A stretch of DNA of 64,000 nucleotides from Bacteroidia bacterium (GCA_023151275.1 JAKLJI010000004.1:4946-68945), one strand, 5' to 3'; counted from the stretch's first letter, positions 29,708 to 39,716 are shown. Made by a program: numbers and translations. Notes: a model not told the origin generated them from the letters alone.

Positions 29708-30757
29708 CTACAGGTGATTCTTTCGGATAAAACTAGTAGTACTCAACAAATGCATCAACGAGCATCTGAGTAGGCCTCCCATGGTTTCTGCGCGTTCAAA
29801 ACGACTGCTTTTGTAATGCTCGCTCAGTTCCTCGCGTAACCTCCTAACGTGGTCTTCCGGTGCCAATGGGTCCCGACTCATGGCTTCAATCAGCCTAACC
29901 AAAGGCCATTTTGCAGCTTTCATCCGGTTTATCATCATGGCGCGCTCCTCACGTTGGTACTGCTTCATCGATTCAACTGAAATATACTTCATCCCCAATT
30001 CCACATAGGGATTGTTTTGCTTGTAATATTGCGGAAGGTAAACCGTCTTCTTGCCTTCGTAACATTGCTGGTCAAAATCAATGGCGCGAATGCGGTAATG
30101 CACTTCTTCAAAATCTGGCGTAAGCTGAATTACAAAATTGCTGCTGTGCATATCACCCAATAGCTTAATAAAACAACGCTCGTTGAATTTAATAAACTCC
30201 TTCGATAAGCGAATGGGATTGAAATCGCTATGGTCTTGATACAACTTTAAAAAAGCATCGCCCGGAACACCCGCAATATGTTCTTCAATTAGCGTGTCGT
30301 TGTACACAAGATAATGAATTCGGTTGGGCGACAATAAGTGCTCAAGTTCTAGTCCGAGTATGCGCGATGCATCAGCCTTTTTTACATAGAAATAATCAAA
30401 ATTGTCGTTTATTCGGTTCACAATCCGAATGCGAAATGGTGAGGTGTTTCCGTACAGGCAGTTATCAATCCGGTCAACATACAAATGCTCCATCACCCCA
30501 ATATCTCCGCCGGCTTTCATCAAGGCATACACCTCAATTAGTCCACGCTGCAATTCGTTAAACCATTCATGCGGATACATGCAGGTTTCCCAAAGCGTGT
30601 CTTTGCCTTTTTTATCGTACAAGGCAATTGAATCACTAAAGCCCATCAAATCACGATACTCAATTCCAATGCGCATTTCACGATGGTGGTGCTTCAAATA
30701 ATTGCGCAAATAAGCACCCACCGGAACGGGAATTTTCTTTTTCGATATTTCGGGCAT
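29708..30757 (-). CDS. hypothetical protein with a possible protein-kinase-like / aminoglycoside-phosphotransferase-like fold
   Basis: LLGDMHSSNFVI resembles the HGDxxxxN catalytic loop and IDFDQ resembles a DFG-like motif. Both are weak. There is no signal peptide. Confidence 0.3.
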   Translation of the reverse strand: MPEISKKKIPVPVGAYLRNYLKHHHREMRIGIEYRDLMGFSDSIALYDKKGKDTLWETCMYPHEWFNELQRGLIEVYALMKAGGDIGVMEHLYVDRIDNCLYGNTSPFRIRIVNRINDNFDYFYVKKADASRILGLELEHLLSPNRIHYLVYNDTLIEEHIAGVPGDAFLKLYQDHSDFNPIRLSKEFIKFNERCFIKLLGDMHSSNFVIQLTPDFEEVHYRIRAIDFDQQCYEGKKTVYLPQYYKQNNPYVELGMKYISVESMKQYQREERAMMINRMKAAKWPLVRLIEAMSRDPLAPEDHVRRLREELSEHYKSSRFERAETMGGLLRCSLMHLLSTTSFIRKNHL

Positions 30758-31152
30758 AACAGGCTCAATTTAATCAAATTCGTGCTTAAAACACTTGCTC
30801 GCGTTCAAGATTCAAAATGAGCATTCATTCCAATTTTTTTTGGGCATGCCCCCTTGGAGGATAATTATTTTCAGCTTCGCAATGCGTTTCCACCAAGGGG
30901 TCGGGTGTTTGCTCCAATCTTTTTGCCTGCCCTTGCGACGCCGGCCCGCGCGCGCAAAAAGGATTTCCACGTCACCCCCTCATGCGGGTTTCCGTTATCC
31001 AATCTTACTTTCCTCGCCGATTTAAATATGGAATACTACCTGGTTAAAATTTTTAGTACATATTAAATGCCTGGGCATGCAACGCCGAATAATCCCATTG
31101 GAAATCAAATTGGAAGAAATAAGGACTTCTTAATTGCCTATTTCGGCTTTAC

Positions 31153-32574
31153 TTGTATTTTCACCGAATGAATGCAGAACTGAATAATCCGAAGACCATT
31201 CGTGCCTGGACTTTTTACGACTGGGCAAATTCGGTATTCTCACTTACCATTGCTACGGCCATTTTCCCACCCTACTACGAAGCAGTAAGTAAGGCCGCTT
31301 CTATAAGCCAAGGCAATGCTCCAGATGGACCATTTTACCTCGATATACTTGGGCTTAAAGTTGTCAATACGGCCTTGTATTCCTATGCCCTTTCGCTGGG
31401 ATTCCTTTTAGTAGCCTTCTTTTCGCCGGTTCTTTCAGGCATTGCCGATGCACGTAAAAATAAGAAAACCTTCATGCGCTTTTTTGCCTACCTGGGTTCA
31501 TTAAGCTGCCTGCTCATGTTTTTTATGACACCGGAAACGGTTTATTTTGGTATCTTACTTTTTGTCCTTAGCTTGTTTGGCTTTGGTGGGTCAATTGTTT
31601 TTTACAATGCATTTTTACCCGAAATTGTCACCGAAGACCGCTACGATGAGGTAAGTGCCCGTGGATTTTCAATGGGCTATATTGGTTCGGTACTTCTCCT
31701 AATTATTAATCTGGCTCTCATTATCAAAGCTGATTTCTTTTTCCCGATAGAGAACCTTGCCAAGGAATATGAACTAGCAGGATTGGATGCCACACTTGCC
31801 CTTGAAAAGGCCAAAAGTTATTATGAAACACTAGCCATTCGCTTAAGCTTTGTAAGCGTAGGAGTATGGTGGGCCGGTTTTGCCCAGATTACCTTCAGCA
31901 ACCTCTATGAAGACAAATCGCTTGCCTTAAAGGGTGATGACTCTCTTATTCACAAAGGATTTAGGGAAATTAAGAAGGTGCTCCAGGAAATTAGAAAGCC
32001 AGAACAAGCTAAAATAAGAAACTACCTTCTCGGTTATTTTTTCGCGTCCATGGGTGTTCAAACTGTTATGTATGTGGCCAGTTTATTTGGTTCACAAGAA
32101 TTAAAAATGGCAACCGATGAACTCATTCTTACCATACTCATCATTCAGTTAATTGCCATTGCCGGTGCATGGGCATTCTCCAAGTTATCGGGCAAAATCG
32201 GTAATATTTATACCCTGCTTATCATGCTTCTTGTTTGGATTGGTATTACCATAGCGGCCTATTTTGTAAGTTCTTCCAATCAATTTTATGCACTTGCAGT
32301 AGTTGTGGGTATTGTTATGGGTGGTATTCAATCCATGTTCCGTTCAACTTATGCAAAACTTATTCCGGATCATACCACAGAAACAGCAAGCTGGTTTAGC
32401 TTTTTCGATTTTTGCGAGAAAATTGCCATTGTACTAGGAACCTTGATTTATGGCCTGCTCATTGATGCAACACAAAGTATGCGCAGCTCGGTATTGGCGC
32501 TCATGTTGTTTTTTTTAGTAGGTTTGTTTTTTATATCGCGAATTAAAAACTTTATCGGTCAAAGCTCAGATTAA
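31153..32574 (+). CDS. MFS-type transporter
   Basis: 473 aa with about 12 predicted TM helices. Its stop overlaps the start of the next gene (TAATG). Confidence 0.7.
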   Translation: MYFHRMNAELNNPKTIRAWTFYDWANSVFSLTIATAIFPPYYEAVSKAASISQGNAPDGPFYLDILGLKVVNTALYSYALSLGFLLVAFFSPVLSGIADARKNKKTFMRFFAYLGSLSCLLMFFMTPETVYFGILLFVLSLFGFGGSIVFYNAFLPEIVTEDRYDEVSARGFSMGYIGSVLLLIINLALIIKADFFFPIENLAKEYELAGLDATLALEKAKSYYETLAIRLSFVSVGVWWAGFAQITFSNLYEDKSLALKGDDSLIHKGFREIKKVLQEIRKPEQAKIRNYLLGYFFASMGVQTVMYVASLFGSQELKMATDELILTILIIQLIAIAGAWAFSKLSGKIGNIYTLLIMLLVWIGITIAAYFVSSSNQFYALAVVVGIVMGGIQSMFRSTYAKLIPDHTTETASWFSFFDFCEKIAIVLGTLIYGLLIDATQSMRSSVLALMLFFLVGLFFISRIKNFIGQSSD

Positions 32575-33305
32575 TGGCAGTTCAGAAAATCCAGATTCAA
32601 ATTCCCTGCTTCGTCGATCAATTCAAACCTGAAACCGGAATGAATTTAGTGAAGGTGCTTGAAAAGGCAGGTTGCCAGGTGAATTACAACCCGGAACAAA
32701 CCTGTTGTGGGTTGCCGGCATTCAATGCAGGCCAATGGGAAGATTCTCGTCAAGTAGCTGAGAAGTTTTTGGATGAAATTTCACTCGATAAAAATCTGGT
32801 ATGCGCGGCATCTGCTTGCACATCCATGATTCGCAATTCCTACGATTTGCTGTTTCAAAATTCAAGCTTCCACAACAAATACCGTCAGCTTCAGAAAAAA
32901 ACCTTTGAACTGAGTGAGTTTCTGATTGATGTTTTGAAAATAGACCAGTTGGGTGCTCGCTTTGATGGCAAAGTCTTACTCATGGATTCTTGCCAGGCTA
33001 CCGGGCATTGCGGAATCGCTGCTCAGCCTCGTCAGTTGCTTAAAAACGTGGAAGGTCTTGAGCTTGTAGAATTGCCCAAAGAGGGCATGTGCTGCGGTTT
33101 TGGCGGAATGTTTGCCGTGCGTTCAGAGGCCATGTCGGTTAGCATGGGACTTGAGATTTTGGAAGCTGCAGAACTGGCCGGAGCCACTGCAATAACATCT
33201 ACAGATACAACCTGCTTATTGCAATTGGAAAGTCTTTTAAAGAACAAACCCCGTTCCGGACTAAAAGTCCTTCATTTGGCTGATATTTTGGCTTCAGGTT
33301 GGTAG
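32574..33305 (+). CDS. (Fe-S)-binding protein with two CCG cysteine-rich domains (LutA / GlcF-like)
   Basis: CCG motifs CCGLPAFNAG and CCGFGGMFAV, giving a LutA-like size and layout. Confidence 0.65.
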   Translation: MAVQKIQIQIPCFVDQFKPETGMNLVKVLEKAGCQVNYNPEQTCCGLPAFNAGQWEDSRQVAEKFLDEISLDKNLVCAASACTSMIRNSYDLLFQNSSFHNKYRQLQKKTFELSEFLIDVLKIDQLGARFDGKVLLMDSCQATGHCGIAAQPRQLLKNVEGLELVELPKEGMCCGFGGMFAVRSEAMSVSMGLEILEAAELAGATAITSTDTTCLLQLESLLKNKPRSGLKVLHLADILASGW

Positions 33306-33334
33306 TTTTGTAATCCATTACTCCGCTCAATTTC

Positions 33335-34390
33335 ATGAAAAAATATTCCCATGCGCAATTGCGCAGTTTTACAGAACAAGTCTTTGTAAAGTTGGGCATG
33401 CCCGCCAATCAAGCTGAAATTGCTTCCTCCGTTTTAACAGAAGCCGATTTGCGAGGTATAGATTCGCATGGTGTGGCTCGTTTAAGCGGTTATGTTCGTC
33501 TGCGCGATGCAAACCGAGCCAATTTTGCACCGAGTTTAAAGATTCTACACGAAACGCCATCAACTGCCAGCCTGGATGCCGATTTGGGCCTGGGCTTGTT
33601 CACAGCACAAGAGGCTATGAAATTGGCCATGGAAAAGGCGCGCAATGTGGGAACGGGTTGGGTTGCGGTGCAAAATAGCAATCACTTTGGAATAGCCGCA
33701 GCTCACGCCATGATGGCGCTTGAGGAGGATATGATTGGATTTGCCATGACGAATGCAAGCCCCTTGGTGGCTCCAAGCGGAAGCAAAGAACGTATGTTGG
33801 GTACAAATCCAATTTGTGTAGCCATACCCGCCGGAAAAGAAAAACCATTTGTATTGGACATGGCAACCAGTGCTGCAGCCAATGGAAAGCTGGAAATTGC
33901 TCAGCGCCTAGGCAAGTCGCTACCTGATAATTGGGTACAAACGCGCGAGGGAGGCTCAAGTAACGATGCATTTGAACTTAAAAATGGAGGCTCATTGCTT
34001 CCTTTAGGCGGACATAAGGGTTATGGTTTGGCCGCAATGGTTGATATTTTGTCGGCGGTATTACCAGGCGCAAATTATGGTCCCTGGGTGCCACCATTTG
34101 TTGCCTTTCTAAACCCATTGGAAAATTTACCCGGAAAGGGAATCGGGCATTTTGTAGGCGCCATGCGTGTGGATGCGTTTCGTCCAAAAGAAGAGTTTCT
34201 TGCTCACATGGACAATTGGATTCAACGCTTCAAGGCCTCTGAACGATTAAATCCGGAAGAGCCTGTGCTAATACCCGGTGAGCCGGAGCTTGCCGCAAAA
34301 CAAGAAAGATTGGCAACTGGTATCGGGTTGAATGCAGAAGTTGAAAATGACTTATTGGCTTTAGCTGCTCGATTTGAACTTAGTTTGTAA
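33335..34390 (+). CDS. Ldh_2-family (malate/L-lactate dehydrogenase-type) oxidoreductase
   Basis: The N-terminus ...TEADLRGIDSHGVARL... and the overall length match the Ldh_2 family (AllD- and ComC-like). Confidence 0.75.
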   Translation: MKKYSHAQLRSFTEQVFVKLGMPANQAEIASSVLTEADLRGIDSHGVARLSGYVRLRDANRANFAPSLKILHETPSTASLDADLGLGLFTAQEAMKLAMEKARNVGTGWVAVQNSNHFGIAAAHAMMALEEDMIGFAMTNASPLVAPSGSKERMLGTNPICVAIPAGKEKPFVLDMATSAAANGKLEIAQRLGKSLPDNWVQTREGGSSNDAFELKNGGSLLPLGGHKGYGLAAMVDILSAVLPGANYGPWVPPFVAFLNPLENLPGKGIGHFVGAMRVDAFRPKEEFLAHMDNWIQRFKASERLNPEEPVLIPGEPELAAKQERLATGIGLNAEVENDLLALAARFELSL

Positions 34391-34487
34391 AAGACCTTTA
34401 GCTTCCAACTCATTCATAAGTGGACTTTTCTGCCCTGGTTGTTTAATAATTGATAAAAAGTGCTAAATTCATTCAAATTTTAAACCT

Positions 34488-34715
34488 ATGGGAGGAATTA
34501 GAGGAAAAGTAAAAACCATTATTATGGACAAAGCACCTTCTGCAGATAGCTTGAGGATGCAAAGCAACTTAGGATTTCAAAGTGGTGGCTATACCAGCCT
34601 CACAGATGCCTTGAATGCCGAGTTTGAAATTACATTAACAGAAGCAGAAGTTGAAGCCCAGGCTACCGTAAACGATGTAGTTCTGTTGGTTGAAAGCAAG
34701 GTTCCGAATCCTTAA
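34488..34715 (+). CDS. hypothetical small acidic protein
   Basis: 75 aa. It contains ADSL but does not have the ACP layout. Confidence 0.3.
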   Translation: MGGIRGKVKTIIMDKAPSADSLRMQSNLGFQSGGYTSLTDALNAEFEITLTEAEVEAQATVNDVVLLVESKVPNP

Positions 34716-34756
34716 AAAGAAATGGGCTCAGAATTTTCCGAGCCCATTTCTTTTCT
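34715..34756. terminator. bidirectional terminator hairpin between convergent genes
   Basis: agaaatgggctc-(loop)-gagcccatttct with T-runs on both strands. Confidence 0.6.
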
Positions 34757-34770
34757 ACCCTAATCAAAAT

Positions 34771-35577
34771 TTATTGGTATTCGTTGAATTGGAGAATGAA
34801 TGTTTTTTGGTGCTGAGTAAAAGGAATAAAGCTTTCAAAGTTTCTTCCACTTCTTTCCAATTGAATTGTTTTTTGCTCTCCGTTTAGCAACTTTTCAAAC
34901 TCTTCAGATTTCTCTTTATTTGGAAGCAGCAAGTAGGTTTCTTTTTCAAAGGCACTTGAATCCTCATCATTTTCGTAATATTCTGAAATGCTGAAAAAGT
35001 GTTTTTTGCCATTCAAAGTGTCTTGCCAAATCAGGGATAAATTACCAGGTCTTCCATTTAGCTGGTTAATAAATGAAAGGGTTTTCTCACTTTTACCAAT
35101 CCAGTTTTTGTTGAATTCATAGGCTTCAAGCTCTACTTCTTCGGCTAATTGTGTCTGTAAATGCTTGGCAAATTCTAAACTTTTTTTGCTTGCAATTTCC
35201 TTGTAGTAGTTATCTCCGGCAAACAAGGCAATTGCTACAATTGGAAAGCCTGAAAGCAAAATCCATTTCAAGCGCTTCACCTTTTGCGGACTATCTTCAG
35301 ACTGCGGTTCACCGCGGGAGGCTATTCGGCTAAGGTTAAACATGATATTCAAAATAAGCGCCCCTGCCATTAGGGAGAGTAAGGCTAAAATTGAAATACC
35401 AAAGAATTCTTTCCGAAAGCTAATGAGTTGGAGGTCGAAAATTTCGGTAACAATAAAGCCGAATACCCAGAATAAAAGAAGAAGAATTGCAATCAAACCG
35501 ATTGAGTTGCTAAGTTTTACAATGGTTTTTGGGTTCAACATGTTGGTAGATTTATTTTTACAAAAAATGCCATTCAC
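34771..35577 (-). CDS. hypothetical membrane protein (two or three N-terminal TM helices)
   Basis: 268 aa, N-terminally hydrophobic. Confidence 0.4.
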   Translation of the reverse strand: MNGIFCKNKSTNMLNPKTIVKLSNSIGLIAILLLLFWVFGFIVTEIFDLQLISFRKEFFGISILALLSLMAGALILNIMFNLSRIASRGEPQSEDSPQKVKRLKWILLSGFPIVAIALFAGDNYYKEIASKKSLEFAKHLQTQLAEEVELEAYEFNKNWIGKSEKTLSFINQLNGRPGNLSLIWQDTLNGKKHFFSISEYYENDEDSSAFEKETYLLLPNKEKSEEFEKLLNGEQKTIQLERSGRNFESFIPFTQHQKTFILQFNEYQ

Positions 35578-35596
35578 CCGAAAGTGAATGGCATTT
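35558..35596 (-). terminator. rho-independent terminator for the 35614-37344 gene
   Basis: aatgccattcac-ccgaaa-gtgaatggcatt, with T6 on the minus strand. Confidence 0.6.
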
Positions 35597-35613
35597 TAAA
35601 ATAGCTAATTTTA

Positions 35614-37344
35614 TTAATTTGAGCAACGCTCTACTTCAAATTCTACTACAACTGAATTTGGTAGCGTAGCTCCAGGAGGTGTGTCGTACAAATAGTCAAT
35701 ACGCTCAGTATATTGGCCGGTACCATAATAAACAGAGGCTCTGTATTTGGTACCTGGTTTCAATAAACTTTTCAGGAGGTTAGTCTTTGAATAGGGATTG
35801 TTATTGTACACTGCATCTGAAGAAATCATTTTTGTCCAAGAAACTCCGGAAGGAGAGGTTTCAATTGGATAAACTCTATGACCATTCACATAATTTGCCA
35901 GATTTTGATAAACACTTTCTTCAATGAAATAAACAGTTGTATTCGGAGGAAGTGTGGCAAAGTTCATGCTTCCGCTTTTACATTTTGCGCGGAAATAAAA
36001 GTTAATTACATCTGTTGAAGTTCCTCTGTAATCAAGCGTTAATGTGGCATTACAGGCTGGCAGTTCCAGCGCGTTTTTTGACAAACTTAAATCTTGCGAC
36101 AAATACCTGACAGCGTTAATTCGGATTCTATCTACATTAATTCCAATTGAACTTGCAATCGCATTTCGAATAACTTCATCGTTACCCATTGCGGTGATTT
36201 CTGTTCCCTCTATGGTTAGGAGCGAGCTGAAACGAATAATGGGTTGAAAAGTAACCACCAGTGGCTCTTCAGTATCTTTTAAGATGGTGGGTGTATTTAA
36301 GGTGAAATTACATTTTGTAGACATCAGCCCAACCAACCACGATGAAAGGTGGGTTATGGACATATTGGCCTCGAGTTTGCCGGTAGTTGAATTTTTGGTA
36401 ATCGTTGTACTTCCTTCACGAACCCAATTGCTTTCATTGTCATTTTTGCTGAAAACATCAAGAAGATCACCTTCTTTGTATGGTGCAGAAGTTGTAGGAT
36501 TGAGCATTCCGTCAGGAATCTCAATGATACTATTCACCGGCTTACTGAATGATTTAACTTCCTTTCCTCCCGAAGTCATATCAATAGTAAGTAAACCAAC
36601 TGGACGAAGTTGGGTGGCTGAAAGTGTTGCGCCTGTTGCATCTTTAATTTCCAAATCCGACATCTTCCCGGGTAGGGCTTCGTAAGATTCTGCTGAATTA
36701 ACGGAATTGTGTATTACGCGTGATTCAACTTCTCCACTTACCGGATTTCCACTTGCATCTTTTAATATGGTTCCGCTACTTATGCTTAAGGTTGCTTTGG
36801 TTGATTTGTCTGCGCCAGCATCCGAAACAATTGATACATCGGTTGAAACTTCACCATTTCCAGCTGCGGAAACAAGCTGGGTTTTAGCACCCATTCCACC
36901 AGGTAAATTTGTAATTTTTACTAAAGAAATCGTTTGCGTTACAGGCGCTGCGGAATACAATTTTACGGTATACACCTCAGAAAGAAATCCGTTTGCTTCT
37001 ATATTGATAGTGTATTCAATTGGGTTGGTTATTGTGGGTACAACTCCTTTTCTCAAGGATATCAATAAGGCTCCTTCTTTTACATAAATGTCTTTTCTTC
37101 CGGTAGCTGAATAAACCTTATCAGCATCTTTACCCGTTATTTTTACCTCCAAATTCTCAAAGGCAGCATCTGAATAACCGCTTTTGGCATCAACCAAATT
37201 GAAAAAAGAGGGAGCATTGATTGCATCTGCCCGAACTGTTATTTGAAATCCTTCAGTTGGAGTTTTCAATTTGCAGGCGATGGGTAAGCTCGCAAAGCCA
37301 GCTACAAGTCCATACAGGGAGGCTTTAAGTAATATCTTTTTCAT
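35614..37344 (-). CDS. hypothetical large lipoprotein
   Basis: Lipobox PIACK. Rich in T/S/N, no clear domain. It is probably in an operon with the upstream OMP-like gene. Confidence 0.4.
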   Translation of the reverse strand: MKKILLKASLYGLVAGFASLPIACKLKTPTEGFQITVRADAINAPSFFNLVDAKSGYSDAAFENLEVKITGKDADKVYSATGRKDIYVKEGALLISLRKGVVPTITNPIEYTINIEANGFLSEVYTVKLYSAAPVTQTISLVKITNLPGGMGAKTQLVSAAGNGEVSTDVSIVSDAGADKSTKATLSISSGTILKDASGNPVSGEVESRVIHNSVNSAESYEALPGKMSDLEIKDATGATLSATQLRPVGLLTIDMTSGGKEVKSFSKPVNSIIEIPDGMLNPTTSAPYKEGDLLDVFSKNDNESNWVREGSTTITKNSTTGKLEANMSITHLSSWLVGLMSTKCNFTLNTPTILKDTEEPLVVTFQPIIRFSSLLTIEGTEITAMGNDEVIRNAIASSIGINVDRIRINAVRYLSQDLSLSKNALELPACNATLTLDYRGTSTDVINFYFRAKCKSGSMNFATLPPNTTVYFIEESVYQNLANYVNGHRVYPIETSPSGVSWTKMISSDAVYNNNPYSKTNLLKSLLKPGTKYRASVYYGTGQYTERIDYLYDTPPGATLPNSVVVEFEVERCSN

Positions 37345-37347
37345 AAT

Positions 37348-38064
37348 TTAGTTTTCTTTTAAGCTGTTTAACCGAATGTTGATGCCGATATTCATAACAG
37401 GCAACCAGCTGTAGCCTTTGATGTTTTCTCTCAATACAGCCTGCTGGTTGCTTGTAGGCTCCAACATGCCCGTTGCACTGAAATTTAACTGGGGAGTTTG
37501 TATGTAATAGGCTCCTAAATCAAGTGATACTCCAACCCGGCCTTTGGGTACAGCTCTTCCAAAACCAATTCCCACATAGGCACTTGGTTTAAATGTTACC
37601 CCAAACTTAATTTCACCTACCTCTTTGGGTGAGATTTTAATATCGCCTTGTTGAACCGAATCTTTCAATAATCCTGTTGCAGCAATATCTGTCATAATGG
37701 AAGATGCACCAAGCGTAAGTTTGAACGCATTGTTAAATGGATGCCAATCTAAAAAGCCTCCAACCGATCCTATGGTGGCATTTATGTCGAGAATGACTTT
37801 CGTTTTATTAAAGTCGTACTCAAAATTCTTGATCTCAACGGGCAGGTATTTGCCATCAAGTCGTAACTGCAGATTGCCTTTCTTGTTCAGCGTAAAGCCA
37901 AGGTTAGCTCCGGGGCCATTGGTTGACAGGTTTATCCCAAAAGCAAATCCCGGTTTTGTACACCTGTCTTCGGTTTGGATAGGAGTGGGGCTAAGATCAG
38001 GAGCCTGAGCGAATGTCCCAAATGCCAGTAATAACCAGGCAATTAGTGTAGTGCTTTTTTTCAT
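37348..38064 (-). CDS. putative outer-membrane beta-barrel protein
   Basis: Signal peptide AFGTFAQA. Alternating hydrophobic beta-strand pattern and an aromatic C-terminal region. Confidence 0.4.
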   Translation of the reverse strand: MKKSTTLIAWLLLAFGTFAQAPDLSPTPIQTEDRCTKPGFAFGINLSTNGPGANLGFTLNKKGNLQLRLDGKYLPVEIKNFEYDFNKTKVILDINATIGSVGGFLDWHPFNNAFKLTLGASSIMTDIAATGLLKDSVQQGDIKISPKEVGEIKFGVTFKPSAYVGIGFGRAVPKGRVGVSLDLGAYYIQTPQLNFSATGMLEPTSNQQAVLRENIKGYSWLPVMNIGINIRLNSLKEN

Positions 38065-38170
38065 TGAGGTTAGTTTAGGCCAAATGTAAAATTTCGGATT
38101 AAAACTTCCTAGTTCATTGGTCCCTGGGATTAATAATTGATAAAAACCTAAACTAAAGTCAATGAATTTT

Positions 38171-38755
38171 TCAAAATTTCATCAACTTGAGCAGCTCCTC
38201 TTGAATTTTTACCTGCTTATCGTATGCATACCATTTGTGCAATTCTTCGGCATAATTTGCAGCCGTTTCCGGATTGTTTTTTAACTGAACAACCAAATCT
38301 TGTGCTTCCACAGGACGAGGTCCCCAAGTGCTTTGCAATTCATTGGATTCATTTAAAATCAACAATTTAGGAATAGAACGTCCGCCATTGGTTAAATGTG
38401 CATCCATCAATTCCAGGTTTTGATCGCGATAAACCAATTTCAAGTTTATCTTTCCTGCTGAGGCCTGAGCAAGGGCGGCCAGAACCGGAACAATTTGAGC
38501 GGCATCTCCGCACCAATGCTCTGAAATCACCAGCCAATTTTGCTTGCCAGCTTTTGCTGCAATTGCGGCCAATAAATCGGCATTTAGCTGAATGGTTCGT
38601 TCTATCCGGCTAAGCCGCTGCCAGTTCATAGGCAGGTATTGTTTGTACGGATTTTCGTCTGAACCATTCAGTTCCTTTTCAAAATTTTCTTTGTAGCTTG
38701 AGAAATCAATTCCCTTGGCTAAGTAAAAGCCATAATCTATTGCCTCTTTTTCCAT
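38171..38755 (-). CDS. thioredoxin-fold family protein
   Basis: WCGDAAQIVP motif in a thioredoxin-like context. Confidence 0.5.
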   Translation of the reverse strand: MEKEAIDYGFYLAKGIDFSSYKENFEKELNGSDENPYKQYLPMNWQRLSRIERTIQLNADLLAAIAAKAGKQNWLVISEHWCGDAAQIVPVLAALAQASAGKINLKLVYRDQNLELMDAHLTNGGRSIPKLLILNESNELQSTWGPRPVEAQDLVVQLKNNPETAANYAEELHKWYAYDKQVKIQEELLKLMKF

Positions 38756-38762
38756 AGTGTTA

Positions 38763-39707
38763 TTACATCCATCCTTTTCTTCTGAACCATTGGTAAATGA
38801 CCAAGGTTATCCCTAGCATACCCAACATAACCGCAGGGTAACCCCAGGTGAATTTAAGTTCGGGCATAAACTCAAAATTCATTCCATATATGCCCACCAC
38901 AAAGGTAAGTGGCAGAAAAATAGCCGAAAAGGCAGTCAAAATACGCATTACGTCATTGGTTTTCTGACTCGAAATGGCCAGGTATAAATTCAACAAGGAA
39001 TTGATACTGTCATAAATTTCATCTGTCAAGCTATCAAGACCAACAAAATAATCGTACATATCGCTGTAATAGGTTGATTTTTTGTGGTTATGTGGAAGTG
39101 CTTCGATAACCGTTTTGTTAATCAGATTTAAACGCTTTATCAAATAGGCTTTTCGCTTAATCCGGTAGAGATTTTGCAGTAAATCTGGAACCTTCTTTTT
39201 CAGGAAAATGCTTTGTTCATAAACATCCACTTGTTTGTCGATTTGCTTCAGTGGAATTTGAAAAGTCTCCATTACGTTTTTGTTGATTTTGCAAACAACG
39301 TCAAATGGTCGCTTTACCAAAGGATCGCCGCAGTATTTTTCCGCAACTTTTTGAATGATTTGGGTATGACTTCTGTGAATGGTTAATAGGAATTTCTCAT
39401 TAAAAAAAATGGCCAGTTTTCGAGTAAGCTGCTGGAAATTGGTTGGATGGTGAACCGAATGCTCATCAAACATCCTGAAAATTACAAAAGTGTATTCTTC
39501 AAATACCTCAAATTTGGGTAAGTGGTCTGATTGCAAACAGTCTAAAACCGCAGGTTGAGGTAAATTAAATCGAACCGCTAATTCCCGTAGCTCCTCCTCA
39601 CTTGGGGTGCCCACATCAATCCATTCAAAGGGTAGGTTTGGGTAATGAATTTGAGTAGAATGGTTCATGTAACTTTTGTTCCGTTGAATTGCATCAAATC
39701 TACGCAA
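38763..39707 (-). CDS. corA: CorA-family magnesium/cobalt transporter
   Basis: YGMNF signature (GIYGMNFEFMPEL) before two C-terminal TM helices. Confidence 0.85.
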   Translation of the reverse strand: MRRFDAIQRNKSYMNHSTQIHYPNLPFEWIDVGTPSEEELRELAVRFNLPQPAVLDCLQSDHLPKFEVFEEYTFVIFRMFDEHSVHHPTNFQQLTRKLAIFFNEKFLLTIHRSHTQIIQKVAEKYCGDPLVKRPFDVVCKINKNVMETFQIPLKQIDKQVDVYEQSIFLKKKVPDLLQNLYRIKRKAYLIKRLNLINKTVIEALPHNHKKSTYYSDMYDYFVGLDSLTDEIYDSINSLLNLYLAISSQKTNDVMRILTAFSAIFLPLTFVVGIYGMNFEFMPELKFTWGYPAVMLGMLGITLVIYQWFRRKGWM

Positions 39708-39716
39708 CTTTGAGGA

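Noticed and set aside
34488-34715. Possible acyl-carrier-protein identity for the 75-aa ORF (contains ADSL)
   Set aside because: The DSL motif is too close to the N-terminus, and the flanking helices do not match the ACP four-helix pattern. I left it as hypothetical.
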